Assembly: GCF_009914755.1 (NCBI RefSeq)
Contig: NC_060941.1
Direction: 5' to 3' (one strand)
DNA length: 64,000 nt
DNA from: the human T2T-CHM13v2.0 reference genome, Homo sapiens
The position numbers were made by a program, and so were the translations under genes. The notes beneath the pieces were generated by a model. That model made no database searches and was not told the DNA's origin. It saw only the letters and a list, made by a program, of their open reading frames with translations. How positions within the stretch are numbered: the stretch's first letter is position 1; each line of letters starts with the position of its first letter. Of this stretch, positions 16,241 to 33,504 are shown in pieces.

Positions 16241-17323
16241 CAAAATAGTAAACAGCAGATAGTGACAGAGGGGAAATTGAGTGAGGCTTTTCCAGTATAA
16301 AGTTCAGGCTTAGTCCAACTCTGTCCTGGTGTCTTTTGGAATATTAGGAGATGTTCCAGCCAAATTACAATAATTTATTTTTCCTCTGATAGGGCATCTT
16401 ATTCAGAGGAGAAAATCTGAAAGTCCTTTGGATTAAACAGATGCTTACGGAGCAACTTCCTAGGCATGCAATTCTAGCAGAGGAGAGAGATGGGGTTGGT
16501 GGAACAACCATAGGTTTATTCCTGCTCTTTAATAGCTGTGAAAAAACAGATGGTAGGAGGTGACCCATCTAGAATTGAGTTCAAATCCTGCTTCTTACAT
16601 GGATAAACTGCATGGCCTTGTGCACACTCGAGCTGTTCTATGAGCCTCTACTTCTTAATCTTTGAACTAGTTTTAGATGTGACTATCTCACAGGGGAGCA
16701 TGAGGATTAAATGATATCATGAATAAAAAGTATCTGGCACGTAGCGAATTCCTGATAAATCTCCATTTATCTCCCTCCCTTTCCTTGCCTTGGAAGTGTT
16801 TGGTTTGGGTCCTTCCCAAAGCTATCATCCAAATTAAGCCAAAACACTACATTTGCTTTAATACAAATGTGCATGATAGAAGAGTAATGAATTAAAACAT
16901 ACTGGAAAAAGGGAGTCCTAATTCCATAAGGAAACAAAAATAAGGCAGTATTTGAATGTCACATAAACCTCTTGGTTCTAGCTGGCAAGCCATTCCACCA
17001 GGTCTTAATAGCAAAATATTAAAACATTAGGTGGAACCTTGCAGTTGTGCAACTTATAATTCCATTAAAAAATAAAGCTATATTTAAAAATAAGACACAA
17101 TTAATGAAGGTTTAAAATAAAAGCAAGTAAACATCATGCTGTAGAAAGGTAAGTGGCAGGGGCAAATAGGAAAAAGGTGATAATAGGACCTCAGTTCCTG
17201 GGTTGTTGTTTTTTTTTCTTTTTTTGTTCTCCTCTTTTTTTTCTGTTAGCTCTGAGGCCAAATATTCTTGGGAAGAAATCGCAATTTCTTCTGGGCTTAT
17301 TTCCTTGCTGGTAATTAAAAAAA

Positions 17324-17620
17324 TTTTTTTTTTTAGAGACAGGGCCGTGCTCTGTTACCCAGGCTGGAGGGTAGAGAGTAATGTGATCATGGCTCACTGC
17401 AGCCTCAAATTCCTTGGCTCAAGCGATCTTTCTGCCTTACCCTGCTGAGTAGCTGGGACTACAGGTGCCAGCCACCATACTCAGCTAATTCTTTCACTTC
17501 TTATAGAGACGGGCTCTTGCTATGTTGCCCAGGCTGGTCTCAAACTCTTGGTCTCAAGTGATCCTCTTGCCTCAGCTTCCCATAGTGCTGAGATTACAGG
17601 CATGAGTCACTGCTCCTGGT
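17324..17620 (-). mobile_element. Alu (AluJ-like)
   Basis: Diverged antisense dimer. Confidence 0.88.
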
Positions 17621-17957
17621 CTGTAAAATTCTTAGTTCTAGTTCTTACAAGATTCTAAGGCTTCATTTTATATTGAAAAGATTGTTTTAAAGACTGAGAA
17701 GTTGGTTCCTTCTTGAAGAACAAATTGAATGAATCACAAATCAAATGAACCAGAGGCTTGGAATAACTCAATGCCGTCTATTCCAACACTCTCTTTAGAG
17801 TATTTTTAGTTTTTTCCGAGAGAGAAATATAAAATGTTCAATGCATCTAATATTGAAGTTAAGAAAATAAAATATTCTTCTCTCTTGGATTCCTATTAAA
17901 AATAAAATTTTCAAAATTTTTAAAAGAACATTCATTTAAAAGTATTTCACTTATGTT

Positions 17958-19790
17958 TTATATTTTATAATATATAATATATTATTATATATTTTATAAT
18001 ATATTATAATATATTATATTTTATAATATATATTATAATATATTATATTATAATATATTATAATATATTATATTTTATAATATATATTATAATATATTAT
18101 ATTATAATATATTATAATATATTATATTTTATAATATATATTATAATATATTATATTTTATAATATATATTATAATATATTATATATTATAATATGTAAC
18201 ATATTATTATATTTTGTAATATATAATATATTATTATATATTATAATATATAATATATTATTATATATTATAATATATAATATACTATTATATTTTATAA
18301 TATATAATATATATCATATTTTATATTATAATATATAATATATATTATATATTATAATATATAATATATATTATATATTATAATATATAATATATTATAT
18401 ATTATAATATATAATATATTATATTTTATAATATATAATATATTATATTTTATAATATATAATATATTATATTTTATAATATGTAATATATATTATATTT
18501 TATAATATATAATATATTATATTTTATAATATGTAATATATATTATATTTTATAATATATAATATATTATATTTTATAATATGTAATATATATTATATTT
18601 TATAATATATAATATATATTATATATTATAATATATAATATATATTATATATTATAATATATAATATATATTACATATTATAATATATAATATATATTAT
18701 ATATTATAATATATAATATATTACATATTATAATATATAATATATTATATTTTATAATATATATAAAATATAATATATTATATTTTATAAAATATAATAT
18801 ATTATATTTTATAATATATAATATATTATATTTTATAATATATAATATATTATATTTTATAATATATAATATATTATATATTATAAAATATAATATATTA
18901 TATATTATAAAATATAATATATTATATATTATAAAATATAATATATTATATATTATAAAATATAATATATTTTATAATATATAATATATTATATTTTATA
19001 TTATATAAGATATTATATTTTATAATATATAATATATTATATTTTATAATATATAATATATTATATTTTATAATATATAATATATTATATTTTATAATAT
19101 ATAATATATTATATTTTATAATATATAATATATTATATTTTATAATATATAATATATTATATTTTATATATATTATAAAATATAATATATTATATTTTAT
19201 AATATATAATATATCTTATATTTTATAATATATAATATATCTTATATTTTATAATATATAATATATCTTATATATTATAATATATAATATATCTTATATA
19301 TTATAATATATAATATATATTATATATTATAATATATAATATAGTATTATATTTTATATTTTATAATATATTATATTATATATTATATTTTATAATATAT
19401 ATTATGTTATATATTATATTTTATAATATATAATATATTATATATTATATTTTATAATATATAATATATTATATATTATAGAATATAATATATTATATAT
19501 TATTATATATTATAAAATATAATATATTATTATATATTATAAAATATAATATATTATTATATATTATATTTTATAATTATTATATATAATATAATATAAT
19601 ATATTATTATGTATTATATAATATTGTATATAATTATATACAATATTATATATATCATTATATACATAATAATTATATATTCACTGGTTATATATAAAAT
19701 CAGTGTATATATATTAATCACTGAATATACATAATGAGAAATTTAATATATATTGAATATATAATATATATATTTTATGGGTGTTTATAT
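17958..19790. repeat. ~1.8-kb AT-only minisatellite, ~24-26-bp units, many palindromic
   Basis: Repeating TATAATATATAATATATTATATTT / ATATTATATATTATAATATATAATAT units with very few G or C. Confidence 0.97.
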
Positions 19791-19800
19791 ATAGTCCCAT

Positions 19801-19815
19801 GAAATACATACATTC
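19801..19815 (+). repeat. L1 target-site duplication, 5' copy (GAAATACATACATTC)
   Basis: Identical 15-mer at 26450-26464. Confidence 0.93.
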
Positions 19816-20715
19816 GGGGAGGAGCCAAGATGGCCGAATAGGAACAGCTCCGGTCTACAGCTCCCAGCGTGACCGACGCAGAAGACCGGTGATTTCTGCA
19901 TTTCCATCTGAGGTACCGGGTTCATCTCACTAGGGAGTGCCAGACGGTGGGCGCAGGCCAGTGGGTGCGCGCACAGTGCGCGAGCCGAAGCAAGGCATTG
20001 CCTCACCTGGGAAGCGCAAGGGGTCAGGGAGTTCCCTTTCCGAGTCAAAGAAAGGGGTGACGGACGCACCTGGAAAATCGGGTCACTCCCACCCGAATAT
20101 TGCGCTTTTCAGACCGGCTTAAAAAACGGCGCACCACGAGACTATATCCCACACCTGGCTCTGAGGGTCCTACGCCCACGGAATCTCGCTGATTGCTAGC
20201 ACAGCAGTCTGTGATCAAACTGCAAGGCGGCAGCGAGGCTGGGGGAGGGGCGCCCGCCATTGCCCAGGCTTGCTTAGGTAAACAAAGCAGCCAGGAAGCT
20301 CGAACTGGGTGGAGCCCAACACAGCTCAAGGAGGCCTGCCTGCCTCTGTAGGCTCCACCTCTGGGGGCAGGGCACAGACAAACAAAAAGACAGCAGTAAC
20401 CTCTGCAGACTTAAATGTCCCTGTCTGACAGCTTTGAAGGGAGCAGTGGTTCTCCCAGCATGCAGCTGGAGATCTGAGAACCGGCAGACTGCCTCTTCAA
20501 GTGGGTCCCTGACCCCTGACCCCAGAGCAGCCTAACTGGGAGGCACCCCCCAGCAGGGGCACACTGACACCTCACACGGCAGGGTATTCCAACAGACCTG
20601 CAGCTGAGGGTCCTGTCTGTTAGAAGGAAAACTAACAAACAGAAAGGACATCCACACCAAAAACCCATCTGTACATCACCATCATCAAAGACCAAAAGTA
20701 GATAAAACCACAAAG
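19816..20715 (+). promoter_or_regulatory. L1 5'UTR with internal sense promoter and antisense promoter
   Basis: CpG-rich L1 5'UTR with YY1 site CAAGATGGCC near the start; promoter activities are established L1 biology. Confidence 0.85.
20045..20260 (-). CDS. L1 ORF0 (71 aa, intact)
   Basis: MAGAPPPASLPPCSLITDCCASNQRDSVGVGPSEPGVGYSLVVRRFLSRSEKRNIRVGVTRFSRCVRHPFL, ATG at 20260. Confidence 0.8.
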   Translation of the reverse strand: MAGAPPPASLPPCSLITDCCASNQRDSVGVGPSEPGVGYSLVVRRFLSRSEKRNIRVGVTRFSRCVRHPFL

Positions 20716-21732
20716 ATGGGGAAAAAACAGAACAGAAAAACTGGAAGCTCTAAAAATCAGAGCGCCTCTCCTCCTCCAAAGGAACGCAGCTCCTCACCAG
20801 CAACAGAACAAAGCTGGATGGAGAATGACTTTGACGAGCTGAGAGAAGAAGGCTTCAGACGATCAAATTACTCTGAGCTACGGGAGGACATTCAAACCAA
20901 AGGCAAAGAAGTTGAAAACTTTGAAAAAAATTTAGAAGAACGTATAACTAGAATAACCAATACAGAGAAGTGCTTAAAGGAGCTGATGGAGCTGAAAACC
21001 AAGGCTCGAGAACTACGTGAAGAATGCAGAAGCCTCAGGAGCCGATGCGATCAACTGGAAGAAAGGGTGTCAGCAATGGAAGACGAAATGAATGAAGTGA
21101 AGCGAGAAGGGAAGTTTAGAGAAAAAAGAATAAAAAGAAATGAGCAAAGCCTCCAAGAAATATGGGACTATGTGAAAAGACCAAATCTACGTCTGATTGG
21201 TGTACCTGAAAGTGATGGGGAGAATGGAACCAAGTTGGAAAACACTCTGCAGGATATTATCCAGGAGAACTTCCCCAATCTAGCAAGGCAGGCCAACGTT
21301 CAGATTCAGGAAATACAGAGAATGCCACAAAGATACTCCTCGAGAAGAGCAACTCCAAGACACATAATTGTCAGATTCACCAAAGTTGAAATGAAGGAAA
21401 AAATGTTAAGGGCAGCCAGAGAGAAAGGTCGGGTTACCCTCAAAGGGAAGCCCATCAGACTAACAGCGGATCTCTCGGCAGAAACCCTACAAGCCAGAAG
21501 AGAGTGGGGGCCAATATTCAACATTCTTAAAGAAAAGAATTTTCAACCCAGAATTTCATATCCAGCCAAGCTAAGCTTCATAAGTGAAGGAGAAATAAAA
21601 TACTTTTCAGACAAGCAAATGCTGAGAGATTTTGTCACCACCAGACCTGCCCTAAAAGAGCTCCTGAAGGAAGCGCTAAACATGGAAAGGAACAACCAGT
21701 ACCAGCCGCTGCAAAATCATGCCAAAATGTAA
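20716..21732 (+). CDS. L1 ORF1p RNA-binding protein (338 aa, intact)
   Basis: MGKKQNRKTG... full length; coiled coil, ARREW and YPAKLS motifs present. Confidence 0.95.
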   Translation: MGKKQNRKTGSSKNQSASPPPKERSSSPATEQSWMENDFDELREEGFRRSNYSELREDIQTKGKEVENFEKNLEERITRITNTEKCLKELMELKTKARELREECRSLRSRCDQLEERVSAMEDEMNEVKREGKFREKRIKRNEQSLQEIWDYVKRPNLRLIGVPESDGENGTKLENTLQDIIQENFPNLARQANVQIQEIQRMPQRYSSRRATPRHIIVRFTKVEMKEKMLRAAREKGRVTLKGKPIRLTADLSAETLQARREWGPIFNILKEKNFQPRISYPAKLSFISEGEIKYFSDKQMLRDFVTTRPALKELLKEALNMERNNQYQPLQNHAKM

Positions 21733-21768
21733 AGACCATCGAGACTAGGAAGAAACTGCATCAACTAA

Positions 21769-25622
<3,854 letters not shown>

Positions 25623-25850
25623 ACAATGAGATCACATGGACACAGGAAGGGGAATATCACACTCTGGGGACTGTGGTGGGGTGGGGGGAGGGGGGAGGGA
25701 TAGCATTGGGAGATATACCTAATGCTAGATGACGAGTTAGTGGGTGCAGTGCACCAGCATGGCACATGTATACATATGTAACTAACCTGCACAATGTGCA
25801 CATGTACCCTAAAACTTAAAGTATAATAAAAAAAAAAAAAGAAAAAAAAA

Positions 25851-26449
25851 GAATGGTAAAAAGACCACTGGCTTTGCGCATGCGCACTTTACCTCTTCCG
25901 AACTGCAATTCTCCCATTAGTTCAGTCCATCAGCCTGCGGACTTAAGCCAGGCGTCGTGCTGACATTTAAAGATGATTCCTCTTTCGTCATAAGAAGAAA
26001 CACAGAACATCATTTGATAAACATAAAAATTAAAGAGCTCTGCTGGCAGTCCCTTTACAAGGCACTGGAGAAACCCTGGGTTGGGCATGACTGGTGCTTT
26101 TACCAACACAAGCCTAAGGGACCCCTCTGGCTGCTGGATTAGCCCTAAATGCAACCATTTGGTTTACTGGTGTAAATATGAGCTATTAGTGTCTGGTGGT
26201 GCATTAGAGTGGCCCCAACCTACTGCTTTGCCTTGTAACAAACACACAATGAAAAGAGCAGAGTTGAGTGTTGTATTTACACTGCCTGTCTAAATCTGGT
26301 TTCATAGCCCAACATCCCCCTCACCCCTTCCACAAGGATACTCATTAATGCTGCCACAACCAAGTTAGTGCCTTGTTTTCTACCTCTAAGAGTGCAAAAC
26401 GCAATAAAAAGGTGTCAGTATTTGTCCTGAAAACAAACAAACAAAAAAA
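25851..26449 (+). other. L1 3'-transduced unique sequence with second poly(A) signal and A-rich tail
   Basis: Lies between the L1 poly-A and the 3' TSD; AATAAA at 26403-26408; tail AAAACAAACAAACAAAAAAA at 26430-26449. Confidence 0.88.
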
Positions 26450-26464
26450 GAAATACATACATTC
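26450..26464 (+). repeat. L1 target-site duplication, 3' copy
   Basis: GAAATACATACATTC, identical to 19801-19815. Confidence 0.93.
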
Positions 26465-26528
26465 AATATATATATTCTCTCTATATATTCCCGTAAAATA
26501 TATACATATTTTATATATATATTCCTAG

Positions 26529-26567
<39 letters not shown>

Positions 26568-26719
26568 CCTGCCCTTTTCTTAATGTGAGCTTCATCTGAA
26601 CTAACCTTCTTATTTCTTTCCCTTTCATGGGAATATAAGTATATAATATATAAAGGGTAGGTTCTTAGAAACTGCCTGTGAATTTATGGTGTTTCTTCAT
26701 TCAGTTTATATTTTCATTA

Positions 26720-27113
<394 letters not shown>

Positions 27114-28109
27114 TCACATACTTAAGAGAAAATATAATCTTCTGATAAAATAAGAAACAAATTAAATTAAAAATAAACATCAAAACCTGAAAACAAAGTA
27201 ACTGGGATTATCTTCACGTTTGTTACAGCTACTTAACAATCCAAAGGCAAAACAGTGCTCATTGTCAAAGCTGGCAGGGCAGGCTGGCCAGGCCCTCCTC
27301 TTCAGTTTTCTACAGGAGAAACCAAAATTGAATTTCTCACGTTTTCTTCACATGTTGGACACCATCAGACCTTCACAACCAATGGACTCTAATTATTTTG
27401 CTTTCAAGCTTTGTTTTTGTTATTTCTTCTTCTAAAAGGCCATCTCCTGTCCTACCCTTCAAGATTCCAACATACTTTGGTTCTTCTGGAAAAATAACTA
27501 CTTATCTTTTAAGACAAATCATCTTATCTTTGGTACCTGAGTCTAAGATGAAATTGGCCATTCAACATTATTCGAATATTTCTTGAGTGTCTTCTGTGTG
27601 CCAGACACTCGTGTCTCTGTTGACTCCTGCATCCTATGCAGACTTCTAAAAGAGCATCTGCAAAGCTTTCTTATCTTTCATTGTCTAAGTCATGCCTGAC
27701 CCTGCTTCCTTCTGTTGGGCGGCAAAGATCATATGGCAGGGTCATGACACTCATTTCTCTTTATTTCCACACAGGTCCTGATGGAAAGAAGAGGTTCAGT
27801 AAATCTCAAAGTAAATACATACGTTTCTCTGAGCTCAGGGAAGGGAGGGTTAATAAAAATACACACAATGGAGATAATAATTCAAAAATTTTGGAAATAG
27901 ACTAATGAACAGGGGAAAAAACATACCATTCAACATCAACAAAGAGAGTGAAGGGAGAGCAGGCAGTGTTCTGGGGACAGATACACCAAGCTGTGGGGTC
28001 TCAGAATTCTTTCAATGAGTTTTCAATAACTTTGTATTGGATCAGGCCGGATTTGAGGATTGGAGATTAAATTTTTTATGAGGCATATGGAAGGAAATAT
28101 TATCAGTGA

Positions 28110-28300
28110 TCATCATCATAGCTAACCCTGTGTGTCAAGAACTGTCTCAAGTGCTTTTGGTGAATTAACTCATTTAAATAGCCCCAAAAGCTTAGTGGTC
28201 CAATCACTATCCCTGAGACACAGAGGTGGCTCAACTTAACCATGGCCACACAGCTAGCAAGTAGAAGAGGCAGGATTTGAACCCAGGCTCCAAGCTTTGT
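28110..28300 (-). mobile_element. MIR
   Basis: MIR core-like CTGAGACACAGAG...GGCCACACAGCTAG...GGATTTGAACCCAGG. Confidence 0.65.
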
Positions 28301-28417
28301 TGTTTTAGTTGTATGCATTCCTTATTCTGTCTTGGAGTTGGGAATAGAACGTGAAGAGCTGGTAGGTACAGAAATAATAATGTTCTGAAGTCTGAACAAG
28401 TTCAATGGGGTTGCCTT

Positions 28418-28705
28418 GACTGGGTGCAGCAGCTCACATCTATAATCCCAGCATTTTGTGAGACTGAGGCAGGAGGATTGCTTGAGGCCAGGAGTTCAAT
28501 ACCAGCCTGGGCAACATAGTGAAACCCCATCTCTACAAAAAAAAGACAGGCGTGGTGTCATGACCTTAGAGTCCTAGCTACATGGGAGGCTGAAGTGGGA
28601 AGGTTGCTTGAGCCCAGTTCAAGGCTGCAGTGAGCTATGATCACGCTGCTGCACTTAAGCATGGGCAACAGAGCAAGACTCTGTCTCTTAAAGAAAAGAA
28701 AAATA
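28418..28705 (+). mobile_element. Alu (AluJ-like)
   Basis: Diverged sense dimer. Confidence 0.88.
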
Positions 28706-28973
28706 ACAACAAAAAACTGGTTGCCTTGGAAAGAAAGAATTTGCAAAGAATAGACTAGACTGGAGTTAGTCTCATTCCTTATCACACACACGCACGTGCA
28801 CGTGCACACACACACACACACAATATTGCATCCTTTCTCAAAAGTCATTCTCTCCTGTGAGTTGCAAGGACAGCAACATCAGAAATGTACCAGTAACCAA
28901 CTTCATTATACTACAGCATTGCTGACAGTTTGCATTTGGAGAATTTGACTAAAGACCACTTTGGGCTTCTTAC

Positions 28974-29456
<483 letters not shown>

Positions 29457-29999
29457 CTAGAGAAAGGCAATTGGGGTCAGTTTGGGCATTGCAGAGAGCA
29501 GATCTTAGAGCATCGGAATAGCTACATTGGCTCTGGAGTAAAAATACATTAATCCCTACTGCTCCAGGAGACCTCGAGGATTAAAGCTGCTCGGTTTAAT
29601 AACTTAAGCTTGCTGTTAATACCACAGCCACCAAAACACAGAAGCTGTCTGTCATCAGTTCGCCTACACAGAGAGAGAAAGAGAGAGAGAGAGATGGCTC
29701 ATGAGTTACTGGATCATGGTATATAAGTAGAGCATTCACATAATTCAGCATCCACACAGGCAGTTTGGTGAGCAAAAGTAAGTGTTGTTAATAAGCACTC
29801 CATGATGACAGCTAAAAATTGGATTGTCCTGGACAATTGTGCTGTCTTTGTATAAGGGATGTTTAGTGCCATGTATGGAGTGATTTGGAAGATTAGGTCA
29901 GTAGGCTTTGGAAGTAAATGTGATTCTTCAACAAGAAGAAGATACTAGTGCCTGATATTTTCACCCTTTCTTCATTTGTTGCCATGTTTCTCATTAGTT

Positions 30000-30570
30000 A
30001 ATTCAAAACTACTTTTTGAGTACTTACTTCCTGTGTTTCAGACACTACACTAAGCAAAGGGGATATGGCAGTGATAAGACAGAGAAGCAGGTAGTCTAGC
30101 AGGAAAGATAGCCTTTAAACAGATAATTGCACAATTCGCCATTTAAGAACAGTGGAAATCAGTTTATAAGGGACAAATAGAGGGTAAGAGGACAGCGTGT
30201 CCCAGTGTGGGTCAAAAAAGCTTCCATGCAGAAGCAACATTTAACCTATGACCTGAAGGATAAGTAGAATTTAGCTAAGTGAGAAGAGACAGGGAAGATT
30301 CTTCTAGCCACAAAGAACTGCATATGTGAAGACCCGAAGAGAAAGGAGCCTGGAAAATTGCAAGCACTGAAACAAGGGCAGTGTGACTGGAGCATAAAGA
30401 GAATGGGAGCACAAGGTGGGAGAGGTAGACAGGGGCCAGAAGGCACAGGCACTTGTGGGCCATACTCAGGACTTTAGATATGATCCTAGAGCAATGGGAT
30501 GCCATTGAATGCTTTTGCACAGGGGAGTGACACTACTGAATTTGCATTTTAAAGAGATTCCCAAAGGCTG
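30000..30570. mobile_element. L2 fragment
   Basis: Diverged L2-like sequence (GAGCAATGGGATGCCATTGAATGCTTTTGCACAGGGGAGTGAC). Confidence 0.55.
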
Positions 30571-30689
30571 CCTCAAGGATGCAGAAAAACAAGCAAATTG
30601 AGAGGAAGATCAGATACTGATCGGATTACAGTTATTCCTTGATGTACAAATCACTGTCCTGCCTCAGTTGTAGCCTGGTCCCAATAGTC

Positions 30690-30845
30690 CCGCATAGGCT
30701 ACTTCATGGGCATGTGCCCTGTGCAGCTGCACAACGTTCCATTCTCAGAAAGAGCTCACACTTGGTTTAATGCTCTGCTGTTGCCATCTTGAAATTCTTA
30801 ACTTTTCAACTTTGCACTGGGACCCACAAATTACGTATCTGGTCT
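30690..30845. mobile_element. MER91-like hAT fossil
   Basis: CACACTTGGTTTAATGCTCTGCTGTTGCCATCTTGAAATTC...TTGCACTGGGACCCACAAATTA. Confidence 0.5.
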
Positions 30846-32283
30846 TGGTCTCATATATGTATTTTTGGCCAGCTAGGGCATCAGTAGCCTTTTCTCCAAT
30901 AGCTAATAGGACTTTTTGGATACTCCTAGTTAAAAGCTGAAGTTCCCAAAGGTCTGCTGGTTTCTTAGTGTTAAGCTTCAATGGGCTAGTGTCTTCCTGT
31001 CAGCCTCCTTTATACTGAGCTTCCATGGGAACCTGAGCATTTGAAGATGTTGTAGTATGGGGTTCTTATGCATCTGGAGACGTTTTTCCAAATAATATCG
31101 TCCATGATTCTATGGTCCTGGACTAACTTATGGAATTATAATCCAGAAGATGCATGATTCTGAAACACCATAGATTTAGGGTCAGCCTTATTGGAATCTA
31201 TTGGGTCTCTTTTGAATACAGATACCTGGATCAACCCTAGATCTACTGAGTTAGAATCTTTGGGACTAGAGTCTGGGGATCTGTATTAATAAAAATCTTC
31301 ATGGATAATTTTGATCTGCAACCAGGATGGAGAATCATGGCTATAAAAGTAGAAAAAAAGGACGTGAAGAAAATGGGCCAATATGCGGTCACCAGGGCTT
31401 TGGTGATCTGTGAAGAGCTATTCCAGGGGGTATTCAACACAGAATTCAACACTGTCCAAGGTTTTAAGTCCGACAGATTCAGAGAATTAATTTTGTGCTT
31501 GCAAGGACATAGCTTTTTCTTCCTGAAGGCAGATCTACAGGAAAAGTCCATTTATAATTGGAAAGTTTCTGGTAAGCACAGAATCACACAGCAAGTAGAG
31601 TTGTCTGTTGCATCTGTAAGTCACGTGCAATGCACCAGACAGAAGCGAGGCTTTAAAAGGCAGCATTATGTACCAGATGCCTACTTTCTTTTGCCCACTC
31701 GGGACTCTAGATTCGTGACTTCTATAGTAAACTGAGTCTGGATAGCCCAGGTGCCTCCATGTAACAATATTTAGGGGAGTTATTTGGTGACTTTAAATAG
31801 ATGACACAAGGATTGGTTAAAATTGACTCTGAAATGAGAACTACATATAGTTTAGTCCACATTAAATTAAACTGAAATATATGCAACAGATCTGCTCTAT
31901 TGAGTGGAGTTTTCATATCAGATCTAGGTTTCTCTGTGTAATGGTGATAATCATTAATCATGGTGAGTGATCTGGTCTGGCCTGTCTTCTTAGATTGCCC
32001 CCATTCTGCTGATACCCGTGGTGTCCCGGAATGTTTTGTTCAAGGCTATTGTCTTTGGTTCCAGTATCTTATTTCTATTGGCAGAGAGTTTTTTGTTTCT
32101 GTTTCCACCAGTGCTCAAAGTTCATTTGAAGTCCAGTCTCATGAAGGCTTCACTTCCTTGCAATGTCTTCGGTGAAATGCTGGGTGCTTGTTTTACTTAA
32201 TTAACCTGGGTGGCTCCTTTATTCATACTGGGGCTAACCTCACCCATCTTTCCTTCTTTTGCTGTCTTTAAGGAACTTTCCTC

Positions 32284-32302
32284 TGGCGCCATCTAGTGGC
32301 CA
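32284..32302 (-). promoter_or_regulatory. CTCF core motif
   Basis: Minus strand TGGCCACTAGATGGCGCCA, near consensus. Confidence 0.75.
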
Positions 32303-33177
32303 AAGCAGGGGCTGCTAAATAAAGAAAAAAACTTGGCAATAGGCAAACTGGGACGGATGACAGGGTGACATAGGTAAAAACAATAACAAGCTGCATTTCA
32401 GAAGAACCCCTTGAGGTAGCCTTGACATACTAATTCCTTCGTTTATTACAAATATGAATTGTGCACTTACCATATGCTAGCAAGGTACTAAGCACTTTAG
32501 AGCTTGATAATGTGATACTGAAAGCACACTGTATAACAAATGTAGAGCTCAGAGGAAAAAAGGAATTATCAACCCAATTTTTTAAAATGAGAAAATTGAA
32601 GCTTAAAGAGGCAGTGGAATTGAATGAGCTTATTCTCATTCCCTTTTTCCCTCTCACCCTCTCATCTCTCTTTTCTACTGCATAAAATATGAATAAAACA
32701 GGTACATGCATAACTTATTCTATGGAGCATTCAAGACCCATTGGGCAGGTATTCTATGGGTCTTCAGTTGTTTACATATTTACTTGCAGTGTAGTTCATT
32801 TTGATGGCTGGCCTGGAATATTACTTAATAATACCAGATAAATATGTGTCCCATATAAATACATTTTTAGGTAAGTAGAGTTTATTACTTAAAACAAACA
32901 TATTTTTGTATATCAACTATTCTGGATGAAAATTTATCTCTGGTATTTCAGAGTGCCTTGCTTCCTTGATAAAATATGGTATCCCAAAAGTCTTAGTGCC
33001 TTAGAGAAGTGTCAACTTCAGAAGTAAAAATGTTATAAACTTATTTAAAAAAGCATTGGGAGTTTGATTATTTCACAGTTGAGGACATTCAGGCACAGGG
33101 ACGTGACTTTCTCGAGTCCAAACAGATAGTAAATGACAGAAGCAAGACATTAAAGCAATGTTTTTGAATTCTAGTCT

Positions 33178-33210
<33 letters not shown>

Positions 33211-33504
33211 GCTGGAACTATTGACTAGATAGAATGGAAAGTGAAAGAGGGAAAGATGCTGTAGATGCTAGAAAAGTGAGAAAGGCAATAATGAACAAAA
33301 CCAAATGCTAGCCATCTAGATTTTCAAAAGTCCACTTGTCCCTCAAATTTATGCTAAGAGGACATAACCTAACTTTCAACCTACCACCCTTCTCAGCCTC
33401 CTACTTGTAATCAAGCAGGTGGCTCACTTGGGAGCCTCACCTGGCAGCCTCTGGAGAAATACTGCCATATTTTGTCACAACTTAAAAGTCTTTCCTTCCA
33501 TCTA

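Noticed and set aside
17958-19790. CRISPR-like or coding repeat array
   Set aside because: Eukaryotic low-complexity AT minisatellite with no unique spacers
25666-25699. G-quadruplex-forming G-rich tract
   Set aside because: Standard part of the L1PA 3'UTR, not specific to this locus
31301-31735. 144-aa plus-strand ORF, the longest outside the L1
   Set aside because: It starts inside a MER5A-like fossil, has no recognisable domain or coding-like composition, and its length is compatible with chance
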